Below, piece by piece: positions 26,001-37,630 of a DNA stretch of 64,000 bases (positions within the stretch are counted from its first letter, which is position 1; each line of letters begins with the position of its first letter). The notes below the pieces were generated by a model. The model saw only the letters and a program-made list of their open reading frames with translations, did not search any database and was not told the DNA's origin. The translations under genes and the position numbers were made by a program. Source of the stretch: Klebsormidium nitens (Eukaryota > Plantae > Klebsormidiophyceae); assembly GCA_000708835.1 (NCBI GenBank), contig DF237075.1:98956-162955 (forward strand), given 5' to 3'.

Positions 26001-28414
26001 TTTGATAAAGGCAGGACCGTGGATGCGTCTACTATCATGAAACAAGTCGCCCCCAATCGAGGTTTTGGCTGGCCCGCTGGGGTGTTAAGACTCGTCGGAC
26101 TTACATCGGCAGGCCTGGCAAACAGGCCCCTGACCAATCTGAGAACAAGGCTGCTGGCGCTTTCGACTCGTAACTTTCGACACGAGTGAGCGCTGGCGCT
26201 TTGAATCAGAAGTTTCCACACAACTCAGAGCTGGTCTGCCCATGAACGACGTATATGCAGTGCATACTAGGAGACAACGGTGCAGGCGGAGATTACTAGA
26301 ATACAAATGATCAGGCGTGTCCAGATCTTCCACAAGCGAGCCCTGAGTGGGCCTCACCCGTGGGTGTTTGACAAAGAGCTGCGCTTGGTCACCGGCCATG
26401 CTCTGCTTCTGCATGTTGAGCACCTCCGTGCCAATCATCAGCTGCCACGTGCCATCTGACCACTTGACGAAGCGGGCGTTGCTCTCCCTCTGCAGGGAGA
26501 ACGTGCTCTGAGCTCAGGCGGATTGCACACTGATCAGAGACCAGCTTGACACTGATTGCAATGGTAGATTGCTCCGATGGAATCTCTTGTCGCCGGCAAA
26601 CCTCTCTCTTTTCTTGGGAGGCAGCAGCATTAGGATGCAGAATCTCGCCTCTCTTTCTTTGTGGTCAAGAAGAATTCTTTGAGGTCGTTTTTGGGCAGCA
26701 AAAAGAAGGGCACAAGTCGATCTTCCAAGGAGGAGCTCACCTTGACATTTCCGTCAGCATCTAGTACTTCCCGCCACCGTGCAATATTGTCGTCAAGGCG
26801 TACCCTCTTTAGTCCCTTCTCGTCCAGATAGACTTCGTCCTCGTCAAAAGTGTCCGGGTCGAAACGCTTGGGCTCGACTGTGAGGATATTCGACGACCGG
26901 AGAACAACAAGCTGGAAACCAGGAGATCAAAATTAACGACGACAGGATGTGTCAACCAATGACAACGTTGGTTACAGACGATGAGCTCCGTGATCGGACA
27001 CCAGATCTTTCAGGCCTCTATGTACATCTGTGTGTCGCACGCTGCCCCTTACCACATTGAACCTGACCAGGCTTCCAGCACGGATATGACAAAATACCAA
27101 TCAGCATCAAGACGCTAGTTTTTACAGAGTAGACAAACAACCTGGACGCCTGCCAGATGTCCAAACCAGATAGAAGGCCCATCCCCCACCCTTATGCACT
27201 AGCATGGTCAAGTGCCACCCTTAAACACATACGCAGCTCGTCAGTAAGGTGACTGTGGGACTGATGTGGACTCACGTTTTCTGCTTTTCCTGGCGGGGGC
27301 TTCAACGGCACTTGCAAGTGCAGCGGGGGTCCGTACACCTTCTCGGGTTTGCGCGGACCCCGGTCCTCCTTCTCCGAGGTTTCCTCTATTTCGTCCTCTG
27401 ACTCAAGCCCCGTTTGCCGAAGGATGTCCTTTTCGGTGGACCTCTGGTGCAATCCCGCGTCCTCCTCCTCCTCGTCATCACTAGATTCAAGGCCAGTCTG
27501 CGCGACAACGTTATGACAGGGGATCAGTCAAGTTTCTGTTGAGGTTCCAGCTGGCTGGTACTCAGACCCAGCGTTATTGCCAGTAATCTCTCATGTAGTG
27601 CAGGTCCTTGAACCATGCATCATGGCACCTCCAAGCGGGCAGAATTGGGCCTGATGGCTTACCGCTTTCATAAGGTTCTTCTCAAGGTCGCTGGGTCCTG
27701 CTACGTCACTCTTTCGCCGCTGCCCCGAGCCAGGCCCCGCTTCCATCTCCTCATCCTCTTCTTCCTCATCACTGCAGCGAGTCAAGAAGTTGCTCTAAGT
27801 CATGCTCAATGATTAACTATTTGATTGATGCCAGCTAATCCAATGCACAGAAACTTCTGAAAGCCAGATGCACAATCCTCGCTGTCGCCAGCACTGCGAA
27901 GGGAAACCTCCACCTGAGAGCGCTCCAGATTTGCCACGGGCTTCAATAAAGATCCACTGAAACTTCACATACCTCTCCAGTCTTGCCCTCCTCTTCCTTG
28001 GCTTCGCTTCAATCTCATCGCCACTGTTTGTAGGGCTTTCGATATGCTTCCTCATGATCTCATCAACACCCTGCCACAGGTTGTCAGTGAAGGATCAGCA
28101 CAAAAACTTTCTGACGGACTCAAAGTGGTGGTCCTCGAAGCTTCTCACAGAAGCACAATACAGATAATAAGGAAATAGCGTAATCTCAGGATGGACGTTG
28201 ACATTGAAGTATCAAACCCCGTCAACGTACTTGCACTGAACGCAGTGGCAAATTGTGCACTTTATTGACTCAAAGCAGCAAAGCGTGAGCAAGACCAGCA
28301 CTCAACTCCAGTATGCTGCAATGTAGAGGAGCTCACCTGCTGCACGTTCCTGCCCTCCTCATCAGACTCATTGTCGGACGTTCCAAAAAGTTCGTCCATC
28401 ATCTCTTCCGCCAT
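23068..28414 (-). CDS. LEO1: RNA polymerase-associated protein LEO1 (Paf1 complex; VIP4 ortholog), multi-exon
   Basis: Acidic N-terminus MAEEMMDELFGTSDNESDEE. Leo1 core SNILTVEPKRFDPDTF..RVRLDDNIARWR, ESNARFVKWSDGTWQLMIGTEVL, QGKLVWKMRLMPSSLDSKSHRKLT..KVKTV..DPEKEK. C-terminal RRVVMTDSEDD. Confidence 0.92.
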
Positions 28415-29183
28415 TATAAAGGATGCCTGCTTTCAGATGGGAGATGGACGGATAGGGGAGGCTCCTGAATGCCTCGTCCTGAAGGCTACAGGGTTGCTAG
28501 GATATGCGCCCTCTCTGCGTGGTGCCTACAGGCTACAGCTTCTTGGACTTCAGCAGCTGAGCTGTAATTTGTAAACAGGCTCATGGCGGCCCAGCCGCCC
28601 AGGACTCGGAGCGCCGGCCCGGTTTCAGGACGGTTTGGATCTAAACCTGGGTTTATACGACGGTCACGGGTCACGGGCCGCGGCGGAATGTAGCACAATG
28701 ACCGGCGCCGGAGCAGCGGAACGAAGCACGGCATATGCCGCATGCGGGCCGGTGTACGGCGCAACGACACTGCCGAAACTTTCATTCCATACAAATGCAT
28801 TGCATGGCCGGTACTCGATCAACGACTCTTTTGACCGAAATGCAACATTCCATTGGATCTGCAACTGTATAGCCCTGTTATGTGCGCACAGATATTTTGT
28901 GCGCTTCTCTGGCTGGCATGCATGATATTGTGCATCATCATGACGATTTTCCGCAGCTCAGGAGTATATGCATCTATACTCCTGTGCCGATTTAGATTGT
29001 GATGCATTACCAGAAGGCCTCCAGCATGGGGCGTGCTAGGCGTCTCCTCCAATTGGCCGTCGTGCCATCCCCTATCGAAGGCGCATGACTGCTCCCAGCA
29101 ATATGACATGTGCGGGCACCAAGCTAAGATCATTGATTACAATGTCAAGATGCTTCCTTCGTTTCCAGACTCATTGTCTTGAT

Positions 29184-32100
29184 TCACAGTTGTGCAGGGA
29201 AGTTGGACACTTGGCCCTGTTCTAACACTTCGCTGCCGTTTACCTTGTAAGATATTCTCAGCCGCATGACCAGATTTTTCTGCATAGATCCAAGAACAAT
29301 TATGAGAAACTTGCTTCGCCAGAAAGTTGGTGATGCCCAGTTTTTGTCGAAAACTGGAGACAGCCAGTGCTCGCAAATGCACTCGGCAGACGTTCGTGGC
29401 GTTTCTTTGTCGTTTTTGAGGCGCGTTGAACAGGACGAGCAGCCGCACGGAGTCGAAGGAACCAGAAAGCCTACAACTTGGGCCGCATGATCCCTAGGAT
29501 CCGCCGGCCCGGCTACAAATAAGGATTGGTTGCTGAAAAAGACAAGGTTCTGGTCTTACCTGGCCCTGCAAGCTGTTGGTGACGTTGATGGTCTGCGTTA
29601 CGCTGCCCGCCTGTCCAGCCGGAACAACGGACCCACTGGCTGGCTCAAGGCTTAGGGTCATGAACTGCACGGACAAAAATCCAGTCAGCAGGCGACAAAT
29701 AACGCCTTGGAGTTGCGTCTTGTTGTACGACCATCTGAAAGTAGCGCAGCAGAGTTCGCTAGAAGATGGGTCCTCTTCAGCTAGACCTGAAGCAATCTAG
29801 CATCCGGAAACACGTCGCCAAATCTCGTCCATCGTTGTTCAAGCCTTGCTTCAGCAAACAAGCAATGACAATCGAAACACAAGATTGCTGCTAAAGTCCT
29901 CCAGTGTGATTGGTTTTTACATATCATCAGATGGAAAACTTGCTGCACATTCGCAGTCACCTTCGGGACGGCAGCTTGGAACACAAAGTCCGTGAACGGC
30001 GACGGCCCCGAGTTGGTGTACGTGGCCTTGATCGTCGTCTGCTGCGAGTTGGCGGCGGGTTTCGAGAAGTCGAAGTGAACCCGCAAGCCGTCCTTCTCAA
30101 ACGCGACAATGGACGGGAACGTGGGCCCGGCCGTGGGTGCGGCGCCCCCAAGCAGGTCGCCAAATGGATCCATCGCAGCGGGGGGTTGCGGAGCAGGGGC
30201 GGCAGGACCCCCCATAAGGGCGGCAAGGGGGTCCTGGACTTGAGCCGGGGGGGTGGTGGCTTGAGGGGCGGTGGAGGGTGCGAGCAGATCGAGCAGCATG
30301 TTGGCGCCAGCGGGCTGAGGGGCGGGAGTGGAGCGAGGGGCTGCAGTGGGGCAAATGTCAAGCAATTGGTAAGTGAAACGGAGAGAGAATGGAAAAGTTC
30401 TGCACTGCCACGTGATCTGGGGTCGGCAAGAACTGCACTAGTTTCGACGAGGGGTCAGACGCATACCCTGCAGCGGGTTGCAAGATTCCTTCGACTAGAG
30501 GATGCACTCGGCCAAAGTCGTGTTCTTACTCTCAAGAACAACCAGCGAGAAGGTCGTCCATTCGAATTCAGCTTTCCGCACAGCCCACATCAGCCTTGTG
30601 CGGTTCACGAGAGACCCGTTCAGATTCTACTTACACACAACTTCACCCTCACGCCTACAACCTGTTTCTGAAATCCCCAAACCGGAAAATCACACTTGGC
30701 GACCAACAAGCGTCGTGCACTCACGGCTCCCTAGCAGGTCCGCAAGCGCGCTGGCGGCGGCCGCGGGCGGGGGCGCGGGCGTGTCGTCCACGCTGAGGTC
30801 CAGCAAGTCCATCAGGTTGGCCGCCGCCGCCACCGGCTTGTTCCCGTTCGCCACGGCCTTGGGCGATTTGGTCTCCTTATCTGCGGTCACCAGCGTCTCG
30901 TCCGCGGCCGTGCGGCGCTTCAGGTGGGCCTCGTCCACGGCAGGCATGCGCTCCAGCAGCTGCGGCCTGCGGGGGGAAAGTGGACAGGTGTGACGGTAAC
31001 TGGAGTGACATGGCTAAGGTCTGCTGCGGTGAGCAGACCAGGGAGTGGAAGACGACGTTTTGATCGCAACTCGTAGCAAGCTCCGAGATGCAAAGACCGG
31101 AAAGGGGTGCAAACGGGCATGCATTTCAGCAGCTGTAGCCTAAAAGGAGCCGAATTTGACAATCTTATGGCACTGCGGGTCAGGCGCGCTTTTTGAAAGG
31201 GATAATAGAGTTGGAGTATCCTCGCCACGGGGATCAAAGCAGGTTGCTGGCAGGATCCATCTGCAAGAAGATTCGACGACCTGCAAAACTGGGGAGGCTG
31301 CCGATTCGGGGAGTCGACCTAGGCTCTGCTGAAGCTAGATAACCAAATGGAGAACGAAACGCGCCACGAAAGAAAGCAGCCGATGCAGAGGGCAGAACAG
31401 GAACGAGGAAAGAAACTGCGCCCGTTGCGGCACTCACTTGATGTTGGCGTGCTTGTCCAGGATCTTGCCATACTCGATGGCCCGCTGCTGCAGCTCCACG
31501 ACCAGGCTGCCCCGGTAAGACCCGATCAACGCCTTGATGCGCTCCGACGCGGTAGAGTAGCGTGACGTCAGCTTGAGCAGCGACGTCAGCGCAAATCCGC
31601 GCACCACGGGGTTGCTGCGCGAGTCCTTCAGGACGCTCTCCAGCACGTCCACCACGTCCTGCTCCGTCACCTGCGTTGGCGTTCACAAACGTCAGTGCTT
31701 TGTAAACCCCGCTGAGAGGCTAGTATTGAAGAAGTAGAAACAGGAGTGTGAAGTAGAGTGCGCACAGAGGAGCACGCGGAGATTGGAACCGGACGAGGGC
31801 ACGGGTGTAAAACGGCGAAGCCAAATCTCTGCACCACGAAGTGAGGGTCTAACTCAAAATGCCATTACACGAGCCAAGATAGATCCGGAAAGCACAACAA
31901 TTGGGCGGGGAAAGTCGAGGAAGACGCCAGTTGCGCGGCTCACGGTGAGCGGCTCCTCGCCCTCCAGCTCGTTGGCGTGGTTCATGAGCATCTCGCCGTA
32001 CTCGCCGAGGCACCAGACGGCGGTGACGGTGAGGCTCTCCTGGTCCTTGGTGTCCTGGAAGGCGCGGTAGAAGGAGCGCACCGTGTACCCCTGCAGCTCC

Positions 32101-35100
32101 GGCGCGTTGCTGATGAGCACGATCAGCACGCGCACCCAGTCGTCCTTCACGAAGCTGCCCGCCTGTTGGGAACAGAGACAGTCTCATGAGCAGGAGAACG
32201 TTGCAGCGTAGAAGTTGGTGAGGGTGTTGGAAGTAGTAAGCAGGAGAGGCTTTTTGTCGTACTCGGACATGACCGGTAGTCTTTCGAGAAGATGGCTAAT
32301 CATCTCGAGAATACTTGATGTATAGGTTCTTTTAAAATCGATTCTTTGGAGCCATAATAGTTGGCAAGGGCATCGAGGCCTACGCGCACGGCTCAAACAA
32401 TGCTCTTGGTTCATGTTGGGAAGTTTGCACGGTCAGCGAGTCGCTTCATGACGTGAGAGGTCAAATGGCGGGCCAGCGAAGCGGTGACTCTCCGCAATGG
32501 CGAAATGTGGCGCAAGTGCAGAGAAGAGGAGACACATAAAAGCCCCAAAATCAAAAGAACGAACAAGAGAGCAGCTGTAGCGAAGTGCAGTATTCCTCAC
32601 CTCGCTCATCACCCGGATCATGGTGTCAATATGCCACAGCTTGGTAGGGGCGTACCTGCAACCGGTTCCAAAGTGACCATCAGCTAGGGTCTCCCAATAC
32701 ATTATCTAGCTTCGACGCATGACCATCATGCAGTTGAGGAAACCCACGAGCAGCTATAACTCTCTTCCATGGGAGTTGCCATCGACACCCGCTCTATTGA
32801 GACCGTCACTTTCCGGTGACTTCCGTAGACATTTAGCCTCACGGAATACGCATTGCGAACCGGCATCTTGCAGACGCAAGCGCTGCTTTAGATGCAAGCT
32901 GCATGGACACCAAAGGCCTCTCTCCTCAGATGGACCCCATTCTAATTCCAAGCTCAGCCAAAGTTTCCGCAGACGCGCTCACTTGTGCACGAGCGAGCAG
33001 ATCTTGGCGGTGAGGTCGGGCTTGAACTCGGGGTCGGCGACTTTGAGGTAGTCGAGGAGCTCCTTGGTGAGCGTCTTGATGTTGTTCTCGTTCACCAGCG
33101 CGTACACCAGCTCCAGCGCACGCCGCCGGATGGACACGTCCGAGTCCTTGACACACTCCACGATCGTCGCGCGGTGCCGCTGCACCGCCTGCGTGTCCAC
33201 CGCCACCACGTTCACCAGCGTGTTCAGCGCCACGTACCTGCACGGAGGGGATGGACCGCTGTCAGACTTGTCCCCACTCTAGTTGCTCTTGTTCTGTAAG
33301 CGCATCACGGCAGGCTTGCAAGCGTTTCGCCCGGCAGCAATTTGTCAGTGACAACGATCCATTTGCACCAGGACTTCAAAAGGGGGCTCCTGATGATAGA
33401 AGGTTCTGCGACAACACAGCGAATGGCGATAAGCAATATTTTGGACAGCAGAACGATGTCTTTAGATGCGAAGCGAGTCAGTTGCACGAGCCCAAAATAA
33501 CAATGACTCCTCCGTCCTGGATCAAGCGCAGCCAATGTTCTCACCGAATGTTGTTATCCCGGTTAGCCAGGAACCGCCCCAAGATGTTGATGGCCAGCAC
33601 GCGCAGCCCGCCAATCGACTCCACGCCCATGATCGTCATGACGCACTCGTACAAGATGGCGTTGCCGGAGTTCTTGGCGGACTCCGTGTTGGTGGCGACC
33701 TGGGCCAGGATGTCGCTCATGATGTCGCTCGCCTCCGTGTCGCCCTTGCCAACCAAGCGCAACAGGCGCAGCACGCGCACCTGCACCAAGGGTTACCATC
33801 AAACTTCCAAACATTGAACGTTTCTCAACATTTGTCCTTCTCAAGATGGTCGTCATGGCCCTCAACCGTGTACGGACCTTCCTTCCCGCTGCATCAGCAA
33901 GGCAACCTTGAATTGACGGGACACAGGACCTCGAGCAGATTGAAGCTGCTAAAAGGCTCGATAATATGCGGCCAGAAGGTGCTCAACACACTCAGATGCG
34001 GACTTTCAGGAGCCCAAGGCATTGAGAAGCCCCTACGGCAGTCGTTGCACTGCAACATGAGGAGGCCGGATCGACAAGTTCTAAGATGAGGACTTAGAGG
34101 CGTCAAGGGAAGAGACAAAGTGGTACTTGTCAAGATTCAGGATAGGGATGTACAGCTGACACAGCTGACTTCCGCTCTGCAAAGGTATACGGAGACTCTT
34201 ACCTGCAGGAACGGGTCGGTGATGCCGCCCACATCATACTCGGGAGCATAGCCGCTGATGACAAGGTTCTTCAAGATCCGCACCAGGGTCGGGGTTTGCT
34301 GCAAGAAGACACCAGGCAAGGGGTTTTGCAAGTGTGTTCCACAATCTGCGATCTTCGAAGTCCACAGCGTGAACAGGTGCAAATGTGACAGGCTACTGTA
34401 AGTTGATGAAGGATTGCGCTTCAAAAGCTTAAGTCATCAATCAACAGAATCAACGCGTCAGTACTCTATAACGTTCGGACGTGATGGCTAGTGTATCAGA
34501 ACAGCTTACCTTTCTGAAGTGTTCGAGGGCCTCTGCGTTGGTCTGCGCCAGTTCTGTGGCGAGGCTGACCCCAGCAATGAGCACTCCATGGTGCTTGTCG
34601 TTCAGGAGCCCCGTTGCTGGTCCTAGGACGTACTCAATCAGCTCCGGCACCTTTCTGATGATGCGAATGGAGCAGAGGGCAGCCTGCAACATGGCACCAC
34701 GGAAAGTGACGTCAATGATCGGCACATCAGGAAAGTGATGAGCTTACTGGTGCAGGTAAGTAGTGCACCTTGGCAGCAGAAACTGGTGGAAGAGATGGAA
34801 AGATCTCGTTAGTCGGAAAGGTAGATGAAATGCAAAAGGATCTGGGGATCCTTGAATCCTTGAAAGCAGTCTCCTAACGAGAATTGCATCAGATGATGAG
34901 ATATGCGGATGAAGGAGCCACTGGTGAATGCCCTCCTCTCTCACCTTCTTCTTGATGTAGGAGTTGGAGGAAGAGAGCAGCTTTTCGACTTCCGGTGCCA
35001 GGTCTCGTGCCATTTCTGCAGAGCAGATGTTGCCCAAAGCGCACAGTGCAAGCCCAACAATAAACTGGTTGGCATGGTTCAGATCGCTGCAACAAAGAGA

Positions 35101-36219
35101 CGAGGCTCATGAGTATGCATAAGCTTCTCTGATGTACAAATCAATGCCTGCAAATCTTTAGTACCTCTATCTAACAAAGTTATGCGAACTCAAGACGGGA
35201 GTTCAGGGACACTCGAAGCCTCTTCCTGAGGGGCAAAAAGAAATATGTCACAAGATGGGGATACTCAAAACCATTCTGTCAGCTTCCTGAATTATCTCTG
35301 GAAGTTCCTAGCCTCGCCCTCAGGGATCTGAAGTGCTCACTTTTTGATGGAATTCGTGACCAGCATCAGCACCTCCTGCCTCTCATCGAGCAGGATCATG
35401 AGCCCCAGGTAGCCAATCCGCTTTTCCGGAAAGGACGGCGCCGCAATGAGCTTGAGGCACTCCATCTGTCCAAAGTGCGTCGGGTAGCCCAGCATGTGAA
35501 TGAACATGAGCTTGGCTACATTTCTGTGGCGTGTGTCGCCCTCCTCGTCCTTGAATGCATTCCGGAGTGCCGCACACTCCTTGGCAATTACTGCCCGCTC
35601 CTCTGCAGCTGTCTTGCAGGCCCGGACGGCCCGGATCATATCCCTGCAAAGGAGAGGGACACATTGATTGAGTTCCTTCTCAGTCATACTCCAGGACAAG
35701 ATGTCTTTGGCTTTTCGGAGAATCTCGAGCAACCGTGCTGTGAAAGCCCTGGCAACTTTTGTGAAGTACACAGGGGGCCACAAACAGAAAGTGCCTCTCC
35801 TTTTAGGTGCAGAATTCGTTCGCATATGAGCTGGTCAGAATTTGACATTACAAAACCCACGTTGACCACTCTCGAGCTGCTCTGAAGTGCAGGGCTTTGA
35901 TTTGTGAGTGAAAAGAACATGGAAAGCTTGGTTGATTGTTTCCCGCGGCAGGCAGATTTAGGCTTGCAGAGAGCTGGCGCCACTAGCAGAAGCCCGCTTG
36001 GCATAACCAACTGTCAGATCAGGGATTCTTCTCACTTGAGAGATTGCCTGCTATTGATTGCTGCAATTTTTCCGCTGCAGTTGTGGAGATTGACCTTAAA
36101 GACAAAGACGAAAAAGGAGATACAGAAGGAATAGTTACGGAGAAAAGCTCTTCAATCTGCGCAGAACCAGGTCCACAAGCCAATCCAATCCATGCAACTC
36201 ACCGGAGGCGAGTCCCCAT
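29184..36219 (-). CDS. AP1G: AP-1 complex subunit gamma (gamma-adaptin), multi-exon
   Basis: The 17-nt first exon MGTRLR joins [53 protein letters not shown]. Trunk exons [43 protein letters not shown]|[14 protein letters not shown]. Hinge with LMDLLDL clathrin boxes. Ear domain [19 protein letters not shown]|[11 protein letters not shown]..|[20 protein letters not shown]. All junctions checked were GT-AG and in frame. Confidence 0.95.
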
Positions 36220-36692
36220 GTTGAAACCACAGCGGCACTCCTCAGAAGAAAGGACAAGAACCTGATTGAAGCTTAGGAAGGCTTCCTCCTTGTTAACGCC
36301 TTCCCCTGCTCTTGAAAAGAAGCTCACAATTGTAACCGCCTCTCTGCCAATTGCAGTTTGCAGAACCTGAAAACAGGATCAATGTCATGTACGGTAGGCG
36401 AGTCAAGTTTTAGGGTTCCACATTCACCCCCAAAGCTAACATTTCGCGACTGTTTCTGGAGAGAAGAATAACCCAAACATGTAACCCCTTGAATCACGCG
36501 TCCTCCTAGCTCCTCCTTAATCTGCTGCTTGAGCGGTTTAACCAGCTAAGGCTCTAACCAAGATTGTCTGAATAGGCGTCTGAGCTGCGTTAAGGGGTAG
36601 GTGTTCCACCTGCATTCAAAGTCGTCCGATTATGCATTCGAGAGTCATCCGACGGCTTTTGGTGGCTTGCGGCACTTGTGCATAGCGGCCAC

Positions 36693-37076
36693 CAGTGTTC
36701 GTGGCGAAACCTAATTGATTTCGCCAATTAGGTTTGCGCATTAGTTTGCGCATATTCGCGCAAAGGGAGGAGTTTGCGCAGGGTGGCGAAATTAAGCGCG
36801 GCCGCGCGGCCGCGCATAGGCTCGCGGCGTGGAAACACCTGTGTCAATGACTTGTTCGGCCCAGGAGCAGTTACTTTTGACCTGTATGACCTGAAAGCAG
36901 CTAAATAGTTGAGTTAGCGTCAGACCAATACCATTTTTGGCACCAAGTTATAGGCTGAGGCGCCCGAAATTCCATAAGCATACAGATAATTTCGCCAATT
37001 TCGCCAATTAGGGTGAATTTGCGCTTCAGCAATTAGTGTTTGCGCATTTCCGAAAACAATTTCGCCACGATCACTG
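36693..37076. mobile_element. Non-autonomous hAT-like element (384 bp)
   Basis: 17-bp TIRs CAGTGTTCGTGGCGAAA and (reverse complement) CAGTGATCGTGGCGAAA, one mismatch. Perfect 8-bp TSD GCGGCCAC at 36685-36692 and 37077-37084. Repeated subterminal TTCGCCAATT and TTTGCGCA motifs. Confidence 0.92.
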
Positions 37077-37630
37077 GCGGCCACATATTCTGCGCTGCCT
37101 TGACTAGCTTTCACTACTACCGAGTACTGTAGTGACTACAGCTAGCTAGGCTGCGAAACTTGCGCCCAATGCATGAAGGCTACGGTTGTCTGCAAAATAC
37201 TGTTGGCAGTTGCACAATTCTCCTGTCTCGTCTTGTGAGAAGCTGAAGCAGCTCTTCGATTCGTTTTGCACAAAGTCTAGGGCTTTACAGGTGCTTCAAG
37301 AAAGTTGCTCACCAGAGTACTGTTGAAAAGCTAGTCGTGCGCTTCCATAATTGTGATCTGCTCAAAGAAGTAGGGGATTGGAGGACGGACGTGCTTCTCG
37401 AAAGAGACCAGGAACTTCAGGAGATTGTCTTGTATTCGGTATTTCACACTTCGATCGGGCTTTGGGAAAAGGAAGGCACCAGAAATTCCGATTGAATTCT
37501 GGTCGGAGTCCGGCAAGAGGAGGTTTTGGAAAGGAGCAAAATCTTGGCATGGCGTTGCGAGCTGCAGCGCGTGGCTGACACACCTAGACGTGTGAATAAT
37601 TTGCGCGACGAGGAGCTGCACGCTGCTGAT

